Below, one piece after another: positions 29,882 through 37,076 of a DNA stretch of 64,000 nt (position 1 is the stretch's first letter; each line of letters begins with the position of its first letter). Source of the stretch: a virus. A program made the position numbers and the translations under genes. The stretch spans positions 38,120 through 102,119 of IMG/VR virus record IMGVR_UViG_3300032607_001425. The stretch is one strand, 5' to 3'. Below the pieces are notes generated by a model. That model did no database searches and was not told the DNA's origin. It saw only the letters and a list, made by a program, of their open reading frames with translations.

Positions 29882-30415
29882 TTATTTTTTATACACTATT
29901 AAATTTTCTGAATCTATGTTGAAATCTTCTTTAGGTGTAAGTTTGTTGATTAGCATTCTAGAAAATATAAATCTAGAGGTTGATATAGGTTTGATTACCA
30001 TTTTATCACTTAGTTCTTGTTGCTTAAAGAAAGGTAGTATTTCATCTCTATAAATCTTAGCCAATGTGTTTGATCTTTTATCTAAATCAATCGCAGATGA
30101 CTCTGGTGATATTGGTGGAGTTGAAGGCTCATATTGAGGTTTTCCTTGTTTATTTATCCATCCGGTTTTTAATTCAAAGTATGGATCAGATAAAGGTTGG
30201 TATGTTAATCGTACAAAGAACTTAACATTGTTTGCGTCTTTATAGTAATATAGCCCTTTACTTCCTTCATACTCATATGAATCCTCAGGATTTAATAATT
30301 CACTCAGTATTATTTCATTCTCCAAAATTAACTCATCCTCTAAAGAATACTTATTAGTTTTAAAAAATTCTTTAATTTCACTTTTAATTAATTCCTGTAA
30401 GGTTTTTACTTTCAT
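29882..30415 (-). CDS. Hypothetical protein, possible internal virion protein
   Basis: N-terminus LQELIKSEIKE...ILENEIILSE. Confidence 0.55.
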   Translation of the reverse strand: MKVKTLQELIKSEIKEFFKTNKYSLEDELILENEIILSELLNPEDSYEYEGSKGLYYYKDANNVKFFVRLTYQPLSDPYFELKTGWINKQGKPQYEPSTPPISPESSAIDLDKRSNTLAKIYRDEILPFFKQQELSDKMVIKPISTSRFIFSRMLINKLTPKEDFNIDSENLIVYKK

Positions 30416-30430
30416 AATGGATAAAATTTT

Positions 30431-30506
30431 GTGTCCTATACAGGATTCGAACCTGTGACCTTCTCGTTATGAGCGAGCTGCTCTAGCCAACTGAGCTAAA
30501 AGGACA
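30431..30506 (-). tRNA. tRNA-Met or Ile2 (CAT)
   Basis: Cloverleaf; anticodon loop CTCATAA. Confidence 0.85.
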
Positions 30507-30512
30507 TTCTAG

Positions 30513-30582
30513 TTGCGACCGGAAGATTCGAACTTCTCCTCAAGGTTATGAGCCTCGTATGCTACCTTTACACTACGTCGCG
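30513..30582 (-). tRNA. tRNA-fMet-like (CAT)
   Basis: C1:A72 mismatch; loop CTCATAA. Confidence 0.8.
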
Positions 30583-30589
30583 ATGTTAG

Positions 30590-30667
30590 CTGACTAATAA
30601 GGATTTGAACCTTACTCCCCTACCTCCTTTAGATTCAGAGGTGGTGTGCACCATTACACCATAATCA
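30590..30667 (-). tRNA. Atypical Gln-like tRNA with possible CTA (amber) anticodon
   Basis: D arm GGTGTAATGG, T arm GGTTCAAATCC; anticodon arm ACCTC-TGAATCTAAAG-GAGGT with an enlarged loop. Confidence 0.45.
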
Positions 30668-30717
30668 ATCGAGGTTTTCGAACACCTCAGTCATAGGTTA
30701 ATTACTCCTATGGTTTG

Positions 30718-30789
30718 CGGTCTATGAGGGAATCGAACCCTCGCCTCTGACGTGACAAGCCAGTACTGCTACCATTACACAAATAGACC
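30718..30789 (-). tRNA. tRNA-Asp (GTC)
   Basis: Loop TTGTCAC. Confidence 0.88.
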
Positions 30790-30865
30790 AAATTACCTGT
30801 CTGTTCCAGGTTGTCAACTACTTACCAATTAGCCTCATTGGTCAATCCTCTTATAGTCGATTTTG

Positions 30866-30937
30866 TGGAGATATAGGGAATTGAACCCTAATTTATGATT
30901 TGCAAAACCATCGTAATAGCCATTATACGATATCCCC
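30866..30937 (-). tRNA. tRNA-Ala (TGC)
   Basis: Loop TTTGCAA; G3:U70. Confidence 0.88.
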
Positions 30938-30942
30938 AATTG

Positions 30943-31014
30943 TAGCCCTGCTGGGAGTCGAACCCAACTTTTATGGATGAAAACCATATGTCCTAACCGA
31001 TAGACGACAGGGCC
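30943..31014 (-). tRNA. tRNA-Glu (TTC)
   Basis: Loop TTTTCAT. Confidence 0.88.
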
Positions 31015-31020
31015 ATTTTG

Positions 31021-31094
31021 AGCAACATGCCGGTCTCGAACCGGCCTTATTCCACATTGGAAGTGTGGTGCCATACCTACTAGGCGAATGTTGC
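31021..31094 (-). tRNA. tRNA-Gly (TCC)
   Basis: Loop CTTCCAA. Confidence 0.88.
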
Positions 31095-31186
31095 AATTTG
31101 AGGTGGAGTTCCTCAGTGTTGCTAAGTTTACTTTTACTTAGTTATAATTACTAACATAATTCCTTTCTCAAGGGAACAACACTTTG

Positions 31187-31259
31187 AGCTTCCTACCGGT
31201 CACGATCCGATAACCTCTTGTTTACAAAACAAGTGCTCTACCAATTGAGCTAAGGAAGC
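31187..31259 (-). tRNA. tRNA-Thr (TGT)
   Basis: Loop TTTGTAA; T-loop ATCGTGA. Confidence 0.85.
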
Positions 31260-31410
31260 AATTAATTAGAATGGGTGTTCAAATCCCTTCTGCAGGTAGA
31301 ACCTGATGCTTTGCTATAAGCTAATTCTAATATTTTTTGTAGGCGACCAGTACTCCGATCCTTCTGCCCATTTAAGGAACTCATATCCACTTTAAGTGGT
31401 CCTACTATCG

Positions 31411-31486
31411 TACACCTGGTGGGAGTCGAACCCACAAAATCTTCTGATCCTAAGTCAGACGGCTTTACCAGTTTACCCACAGGTGC
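31411..31486 (-). tRNA. tRNA-Leu (TAG), short variable arm
   Basis: Loop CTTAGGA. Confidence 0.83.
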
Positions 31487-31647
31487 AATTTTACCGCATG
31501 TGCGGTCACTTATCAATCGGTAGCTCCCTCTCGATATCCATCTGTGGGTGTAACACATTTGGTAGAGGGTCGACTCTTCAATGCTTTCTTATACTTAAAT
31601 ATACGAACTATATTTGTAATATCCAAGCTTTTTTAATTTATTTTTTG

Positions 31648-31719
31648 AGGGCCTCCAGAGAATCGAACTCTGAATCTCACATTTTGCAGACATGAAGCTT
31701 AACCATCAGCCTGAGGCCC
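31648..31719 (-). tRNA. tRNA-Cys (GCA)
   Basis: Loop CTGCAAA. Confidence 0.8.
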
Positions 31720-31848
31720 ATATTCACCTAGCCTGACCTTCCAGACAGTACAAGTCGAGATTAATTTGGCGCCTCGTTTTGTAGTAGGTGATTTATCTTT
31801 CTTATACTTAAATATACGACCTTTATTTGTAGTATCCAACTTTTTTTA

Positions 31849-32355
31849 CTAGAAAAATAAAAATGTTTCCCATTCTTTTGGAATGTATGTTAACTGTTTT
31901 AGAAGCATCAAATAGTGTGGCCTTTTTGGTTCTACTATCTCTTTACCATATTCCTCAAGTGTTAAATCTGCTTTTTGTGAATTACAAGTTCTACAAGCTG
32001 TTACTAAATTATCCCAAGCATTTTCTCCACCTTTTGATTGTGGAATAACGTGGTCAAGTGTTAGTGACTTTACATAATTTGATCCACAATACACACATTC
32101 ATAGTTGTCTCTTTTATAAACATTTTCTCTTGTTAGAGGAACTTTCTGAATGTTTTGTTTTACATATTTGTAAACCCTAATAATTGAAGGTTTAAAAATT
32201 TCTAGTTTTGGATTTACTAATCCGAATGTTTCTGGATGTTCAGCTATTATTTCTGCATTACCCTTATACGAAATCACGAAAGCTCTTTCTGTGGAGATAA
32301 TGCTTCTTGCCATAAAGCTTGAATCAATTACCAGTGTTCTTTGGTGCTTACTCAT
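31849..32355 (-). CDS. HNH endonuclease (McrA-like) within the tRNA array
   Basis: RENVYKRDNYECVYCG...TLDHVIPQSKGG..WDNLVTACRTCN..K. Confidence 0.92.
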   Translation of the reverse strand: MSKHQRTLVIDSSFMARSIISTERAFVISYKGNAEIIAEHPETFGLVNPKLEIFKPSIIRVYKYVKQNIQKVPLTRENVYKRDNYECVYCGSNYVKSLTLDHVIPQSKGGENAWDNLVTACRTCNSQKADLTLEEYGKEIVEPKRPHYLMLLKQLTYIPKEWETFLFF

Positions 32356-32386
32356 GATTTTAATTTTTAATGAAACAATTTACTAG

Positions 32387-32458
32387 CACGCCTGGAAGGT
32401 TACGATCCCTCGATTTTGGGTTTGGAAGCCAATGTGTTACCAATTACACTACAGACGC
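32387..32458 (-). tRNA. tRNA-Trp (CCA)
   Basis: Loop TTCCAAA; T-loop ATCGTAA. Confidence 0.75.
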
Positions 32459-32556
32459 ATTTGTAGGATATCGTTTAACCTACTGTGAATGGCCTATTCA
32501 CCTTAATACTCTAAAGTTGCATCCTAAACGGGAAACTTTGGTATACGATTTTTTTG

Positions 32557-32628
32557 AACCCCTACCTGGACTCGAACCAGGACCAAAACGTTAGAAGCGT
32601 TTTATTCTTCCGATTAAACTATAAGGGC
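32557..32628 (-). tRNA. tRNA-Arg (TCT)
   Basis: Loop CTTCTAA. Confidence 0.87.
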
Positions 32629-32788
32629 AAGTAAAATATAATTAGTAAGTTTTATCAGGAATCTGGGGTCTGATTTCTCAGTGCTTCACACACCCTTAGA
32701 GAGTTGAGTATAAATACTTGTCCTTAGTGTGTACCCTTGCGTAACGTCTCTCCACGTCTTCTTACCTACGATTTGTAATTATATTTTG

Positions 32789-32860
32789 AGGTCCTACCAG
32801 AACTCGAATCTGGATTCTATCGTTCGTAGCGATAAGTTTTTCCAATTAAACTATAAGACC
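32789..32860 (-). tRNA. tRNA-Arg (ACG)
   Basis: Loop CTACGAA. Confidence 0.85.
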
Positions 32861-32865
32861 ATTTG

Positions 32866-32944
32866 TATCCCTGACTGGAGTCGAACCAGCAAGCCTAGGC
32901 ATTTGGGCTTAAACCAAACGTGTTTACCATTTCACCACAGGGAT
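32866..32944 (-). tRNA. tRNA-Leu (TAA)
   Basis: Loop TTTAAGC; variable arm present. Confidence 0.85.
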
Positions 32945-33040
32945 GTAAAGCCAATCCCGTAGATTGGCAGCTCAACTTACGGTATTGAGTTTGAGGAAAC
33001 AAGTTCCTTACCACGTCCTTTACCCTTTGGGCACCGACAG

Positions 33041-33114
33041 TGTGAAGGGTGGGACTCGAACCCACAATCGCCTGAACCACAATCAGGTGCTTTACCAATT
33101 CAGCTACAATCACC
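33041..33114 (-). tRNA. tRNA-His (GTG)
   Basis: Loop TTGTGGT; G-1 present. Confidence 0.87.
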
Positions 33115-33121
33115 ATGTTAG

Positions 33122-33189
33122 TACCGAATACTAGTAACGATCTAGTCTAAGAGCGGATATGAGCCATTCTCGGTCCCTGACCATTCGAT
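33122..33189 (-). tRNA. Miniature atypical tRNA (CAT) with a 3-nt D loop
   Basis: ATCGAAT-GGTC AGG GACC-GA-GAATGG CTCATAT CCGCTC-TTAG-ACTAG ATCGTTA CTAGT-ATTCGGT. Confidence 0.55.
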
Positions 33190-33194
33190 AATTG

Positions 33195-33279
33195 AGGAAA
33201 GAATGAGAATCGAACTCAATCCGGTTACCCGAACATCTCGCTTAGCAGGCGGACTCAACACCATGTTGACTTACTTTCC
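33195..33279 (-). tRNA. tRNA-Ser (GCT)
   Basis: Loop CTGCTAA; long variable arm. Confidence 0.8.
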
Positions 33280-33285
33280 ATTTTG

Positions 33286-33357
33286 TACTTCTAGGAAGAA
33301 TTGAACTTCCATTTCATCCTTATCAGAGATGTGTGCTAACCATTCTACTATAGAAGC
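33286..33357 (-). tRNA. tRNA-Ile (GAT)
   Basis: Loop CTGATAA. Confidence 0.87.
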
Positions 33358-33364
33358 AGTTTTG

Positions 33365-33436
33365 CTGGCCTGGAAGGAATCGAACCTTCATAAGATGATT
33401 AACAGTCATCCGTAATAGCCGTTATACGACAAGCCA
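33365..33436 (-). tRNA. tRNA-Asn (GTT)
   Basis: Loop CTGTTAA. Confidence 0.88.
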
Positions 33437-33441
33437 ATTTG

Positions 33442-33514
33442 TGGGGATTACAGGTTACGCTCCTGTCTCTCATGGGCTTCAACCATGCGCTTTCACTAGA
33501 TTAGCTTAATCCCC
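33442..33514 (-). tRNA. tRNA-Phe (GAA)
   Basis: Loop TTGAAGC; T-loop AGCGTAA. Confidence 0.8.
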
Positions 33515-33526
33515 AATTTAATAAAG

Positions 33527-33597
33527 TGGGGCCGGTAGGAATCGAACCTACCCAGTGAGCTTTTACAGAGCTGCTCGGCACCTTGCCTGTCGTCCCC
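33527..33597 (-). tRNA. tRNA-Tyr (GTA), short variable arm
   Basis: Loop CTGTAAA. Confidence 0.72.
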
Positions 33598-33602
33598 TTT
33601 TG

Positions 33603-33673
33603 TACCTCGTGATGGTTATGCTCCACCGCCTATTGCATGTAAAACAATTACGCTTCTATTACGCCAACGAGGC
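33603..33673 (-). tRNA. tRNA-Val (TAC)
   Basis: Loop TTTACAT; T-loop AGCATAA. Confidence 0.78.
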
Positions 33674-33732
33674 AAATTTAATTCTATGCTCGCAATATGT
33701 AGCTCTATGAATTAATAACAATCTCATCTGTG

Positions 33733-33803
33733 TACCCCTCTCAGGTAATGATCCTGATTCCCGATATTAAAAGTATCGTGCTTCACCTTAAAGCTTGAAG
33801 GGC
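33733..33803 (-). tRNA. tRNA-Lys (TTT)
   Basis: Loop CTTTTAA; T-loop ATCATTA. Confidence 0.8.
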
Positions 33804-33809
33804 AGTTTG

Positions 33810-33882
33810 TCTAAGTGGGAGGGCTCAAACCTCCGGCCTCATGCTCCCAAAGCATGCCATCTACCAACTGATCTACACCTAG
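33810..33882 (-). tRNA. tRNA-Pro (TGG)
   Basis: Loop TTTGGGA. Confidence 0.87.
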
Positions 33883-33896
33883 AAATCTAATTTTTG

Positions 33897-33968
33897 TTAC
33901 CCCTAATGGAATCGAACCACTACCGCATGGACCAAAACCATGTGTACTAACCGTTATACGAAGGGGCA
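33897..33968 (-). tRNA. tRNA-Gln (TTG)
   Basis: Loop TTTTGGT; U1:A72. Confidence 0.88.
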
Positions 33969-33973
33969 AATTG

Positions 33974-34633
33974 TTACTTTATTTTTCTTCCTAATCTCCA
34001 TCCTTCCGGAATTAGATCTCCTTTGTATATTTTTTTATTTTCAACTTCATCTGTTATCCAACAAGTCCCGTATTGGGAATTATTAATTCCTTTTCCTAAA
34101 TCTCTTTCTTTTCTAGTATTTCTTATTTTTTGAAGAGTTTCAGGTTTATGTTTCTTGCCTTTCCAGGAATAGCATTCTGATATGTTGTTAAATTTCACTC
34201 CTCTTTCTTTTGCCTTTTTCTGACCTTTCCTAATTGCTTTGCAGTATTTTTCTCTAAATTCAGGATCTGTCTGTAAAAGTAGTGCTTTTGCTATATTTGC
34301 TGCTGCTCTTCCCTTTATTTTATTTTCTTCTGTGAAGCCTCCTGAACTTCCTTGTTTTAAATTTAAACAGTTTGAATTTTTTAAATCCTGTTCTGTTATT
34401 AAATTAATCTCAGCTTGAACTAATTCTTCTCTTGATTGAAATTGCTCCAGTATTTCTAAGTTAAAACTGTCTCTACCATACTTATTTAATTCGTAATACA
34501 ATCTTTTACCACTTCCCAAGTAACCGTCATCTATACGGTTAGTTGAATGCATTCCCAGGTAGTACCTGTTGTTTATAAGATTTGTAGTCCTATAGGTGAA
34601 ATGATACCTTTTATTCTCTTTGATGTTAGCCAT
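33974..34633 (-). CDS. SegB-like GIY-YIG endonuclease in the tRNA array
   Basis: FTYRTTNLINNRYYLGMHST...YLGSG...KYG; C-terminal GTCWITD...IPEGWRLGR. Confidence 0.88.
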   Translation of the reverse strand: MANIKENKRYHFTYRTTNLINNRYYLGMHSTNRIDDGYLGSGKRLYYELNKYGRDSFNLEILEQFQSREELVQAEINLITEQDLKNSNCLNLKQGSSGGFTEENKIKGRAAANIAKALLLQTDPEFREKYCKAIRKGQKKAKERGVKFNNISECYSWKGKKHKPETLQKIRNTRKERDLGKGINNSQYGTCWITDEVENKKIYKGDLIPEGWRLGRKIK

Positions 34634-34676
34634 ATCTATTGTTTATTATAAATAGGCTAACTTTTCAAAAAGTCTA

Positions 34677-34763
34677 CAGAAGAAGGCGTGAGACTCGAAC
34701 TCACAACGGTTTAACCCGCTACCACTTTTCAAGAGTGGCTCTTGATCCAGCCAGATCTTCTCC
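34677..34763 (-). tRNA. tRNA-Ser (TGA)
   Basis: Loop CTTGAAA; long variable arm. Confidence 0.8.
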
Positions 34764-34774
34764 ATTTAATTTTA

Positions 34775-34846
34775 TCCAATACGTCAATGAACTTTTGTTC
34801 TTTATTACTTTGTAAAGATACTACCTTTTTTCGTTTGTAGCAACTT
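34775..34846 (-). promoter_or_regulatory. Host-type promoter followed by a boxA-like element at the head of the tRNA array
   Basis: Minus strand GTTGCTACAAACGAAAAAAGGTAGTATCTTTACA, then AAAGTTCATTGACG. Confidence 0.5.
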
Positions 34847-34862
34847 TTTTTTAATTTATTTT

Positions 34863-34899
34863 AAAAAAAAACCCGAATCTTTTTTTTTGATCCGGGTTT
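34863..34899 (-). terminator. Intrinsic terminator of a putative attenuator
   Basis: AAACCCGGATC-A-run-GATTCGGGTTT followed by a U run. Confidence 0.8.
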
Positions 34900-34931
34900 C
34901 TTATTAGAAGTTATATGTATAATTTCTTATA

Positions 34932-35066
34932 TCATATCCCGGTTTTTGTTGTTTTCGGTTCGTTATTATACGTAAAGCCAAACACAATATCACTCCATAA
35001 CGAACTCGCTGACATTGTCAGTGCTCTCGATGGTTGATGTTGTTGTATGTTTTGTTGTGCTTTCAT
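34932..35066 (-). CDS. Putative 44-aa attenuator leader peptide (not in ORF track)
   Basis: MKAQQNIQQHQPSRALTMSASSLWSDIVFGFTYNNEPKTTKTGI*; its last codons overlap the antiterminator strand CCGGG. Confidence 0.65.
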   Translation of the reverse strand: MKAQQNIQQHQPSRALTMSASSLWSDIVFGFTYNNEPKTTKTGI

Positions 35067-35158
35067 TTTACTTTTGTTCTATATATAAATATACGCCTTT
35101 TTTGTTTCCGTTGCAACTATTTGTTGATTTATTTTTAAGATACCGTTCTTTTATTAAT

Positions 35159-35440
35159 TTATCCTTTTATTACTTGTTTTTCTTTTGTTATTCTTGTTTC
35201 GAACTTATCAAATCTGGAGTCTATAAATGAATATACATCTCCTACTAATCTGTCTGTTCTGTCAATTTCTTGATCAACTCTTCGGTTAATCATTTGTTCG
35301 TTATTGTTTATAACGATTTCAATGTCTGTTACTTGTTTTTCTAACTGTTCTACTTTTTTTGTTGTCTTAAACGCTGACACAACTACCAATATAAAGGTAC
35401 CTATACCTAGACCTAAAACGAATGCTAAAATTTGTTCCAT
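35159..35440 (-). CDS. Membrane-anchored coiled-coil protein flanked by ~19-bp inverted repeats
   Basis: MEQILAFVLGLGIG... transmembrane helix plus coiled coil. Confidence 0.65.
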   Translation of the reverse strand: MEQILAFVLGLGIGTFILVVVSAFKTTKKVEQLEKQVTDIEIVINNNEQMINRRVDQEIDRTDRLVGDVYSFIDSRFDKFETRITKEKQVIKG

Positions 35441-35483
35441 AGTTTTTGTTTTTAAATTCAAAGAACGGTAATCTTAAAATTTG

Positions 35484-35561
35484 TAGTCAGGGAGGACTCG
35501 AACCTTATAGCGACCTATATTTCAAGGGTTCGGCAACCTCGCCTCATTACGCCACCTGACT
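35484..35561 (-). ncRNA. tRNA-like element with a non-canonical anticodon arm
   Basis: Acceptor AGTCAGG/CCTGACT, TGGCGTAAT D start, GGTTCGAGTCC T arm. Confidence 0.5.
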
Positions 35562-35822
35562 TCCTTACCAACCTTGGTCTTTCTTGTAGCCTTCCGAGTT
35601 ATCAGTTACGGGGCTTGTACAAGAGCAGGGTTTCTGATTGAGTGCAATAAGTGACGCCTTCCTACTATAAACCCTTGTTCGGAAATTAATACACTCTACT
35701 TCTCAATTAACAGCGAGCATTGGTAATTTTTAATAAAACATTCCAGCCACATTGGGAGAGCCGCAGTTCCCACGTTGTTTAAAGACTTTCTTGGCGGACC
35801 TATCTACTGGGGTAGTTTTATT

Positions 35823-35987
35823 TTACAGTGTACATTCTGTAGTGTCTACCGCTGTGATATCTACACTTACTGAATCAACTTGTACTTTTGTTGAATCTAC
35901 TGTTGTTAGTCTTGCTGGTGCTTCAACTTTTTTACAACTTACTGCCACTAAAGCCATTACGGCTAATATTAAAAATACTTTTTTCAT
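35823..35987 (-). CDS. Small lipoprotein (54 aa, not in ORF track)
   Basis: MKKVFLILAVMALVAVSCKK lipobox, then VDS/T repeats typical of Bacteroidota lipoproteins. Confidence 0.75.
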   Translation of the reverse strand: MKKVFLILAVMALVAVSCKKVEAPARLTTVDSTKVQVDSVSVDITAVDTTECTL

Positions 35988-36004
35988 TTTTGTTTTACTG
36001 TTTA

Positions 36005-36358
36005 TTATGTTTGTGTGTTAGTCCACCTATTTACTACTACTTTAGCTTTGAAGTATTCGTCTAAAAAAACTTTTCTATAGACCATAACTTTTCCTTTATA
36101 CAACTTAGTTTCTATTATTCTAGTTTGTACTTCCTCCCTAGTTCGTCTAGCAACTTCATAGACATCTGCTCCTAACCGTGCTCCAGCTGGATACCCTAAA
36201 TAATCAAATAAAGATACTGTTGGCTCTTCTTTTACTTCTTTTTGGTATATTTTAATTGGAGTTTCGTCAATACTATCAATTAATTTAATTACATCTTTTT
36301 TGCTAAAAATTGAACTTGGTGAAGTTACTACTTCATTCAATACCAATTTCTTTTCCAT
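36005..36358 (-). CDS. Hypothetical protein
   Basis: ORF with SLFDYLG..AG..LG motif. Confidence 0.65.
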   Translation of the reverse strand: MEKKLVLNEVVTSPSSIFSKKDVIKLIDSIDETPIKIYQKEVKEEPTVSLFDYLGYPAGARLGADVYEVARRTREEVQTRIIETKLYKGKVMVYRKVFLDEYFKAKVVVNRWTNTQT

Positions 36359-36486
36359 AATGATTTTATTTTACATTTAATATACGCAAAATATCCTGCA
36401 AATGCAACTATTGTAGCAGAAATATTTAATAAATGTGGATGATTTTCTCCGCATGCCCCACAAACGTGGCTGATTACTTCTCCCAT
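36337..36486 (-). CDS. Small membrane protein with HxCGxCGExHPH motif (49 aa, not in ORF track)
   Basis: MGEVISHVCGACGENHPHLLNISATIVAFAGYFAYIKCKIKSLWKRNWY. Confidence 0.55.
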   Translation of the reverse strand: MGEVISHVCGACGENHPHLLNISATIVAFAGYFAYIKCKIKSLWKRNWY

Positions 36487-36488
36487 GC

Positions 36489-36797
36489 TTAGTCGATTGT
36501 AGTCATTGTGTTCATCTTATTTTGTATATCATTCCAACTACCTATGTATTCTTGAATTGATTTGTAGTGGCTGTTGCCTGTAGTATGTAATAATTCTCTT
36601 GATACAACTTTAAGTGCATGATTGAATGTGGCTGGGTAGCATATTGTTTTAAAATAAGCTCTGTCTGTTTGTCCTCTAGTAACTCTTTCGAATACTGTGT
36701 ATCCTCCTGTTGTTGATTTTACGATGAAGAAAGGTTCCATGATTGGATCTTCAATAAGTGTGTCCCCTTCTGGGATAGTATTTGGATTACGTAACAT
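36489..36797 (-). CDS. Hypothetical protein
   Basis: ORF. Confidence 0.65.
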   Translation of the reverse strand: MLRNPNTIPEGDTLIEDPIMEPFFIVKSTTGGYTVFERVTRGQTDRAYFKTICYPATFNHALKVVSRELLHTTGNSHYKSIQEYIGSWNDIQNKMNTMTTID

Positions 36798-36809
36798 TTG
36801 TTTTTGTTT

Positions 36810-37076
36810 TTAATTTAAAATAAAATCTTTCAACTCGTCTTCTGATATTCTTCCGGATCTAGATTTTGAATTACCATCTTTGTATGCTACGACTGTATGA
36901 GGAATTCCTCTCACTCCATACTGTCCTGCTAAGTTATCAGAATCATTCTCTACATTAATTTCTACAAATTCAATTTGCTCACTTTGTAGTTCCTGTTTTA
37001 CTTTTTCAAAAGTAGGTGCATATTGATTACAAGGTCCACAATACCCAGCCCAAAATTTAATTACTGTTTTTTTCAT
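36810..37076 (-). CDS. trxA: Thioredoxin
   Basis: Start MKKTVIKFWAGYCGPC; cis-Pro motif GVRGIP. Confidence 0.9.
   Translation of the reverse strand: MKKTVIKFWAGYCGPCNQYAPTFEKVKQELQSEQIEFVEINVENDSDNLAGQYGVRGIPHTVVAYKDGNSKSRSGRISEDELKDFILN

Noticed and set aside
31849-32355. IscB/Cas9-like RNA-guided nuclease
   Set aside because: It is only a 168-aa HNH protein with no RuvC motifs.
32645-32770. TPP or glycine riboswitch
   Set aside because: It has CTGAGA...ACCC...CCTGAT and GGAGAG fragments but lacks the remaining conserved helices and is not upstream of a relevant gene. Kept only as an unknown structured RNA.
30835-33116. Minus-strand ORFs 30835-31074, 31262-31558 and 32895-33116
   Set aside because: They overlap clear tRNA genes and are spurious.
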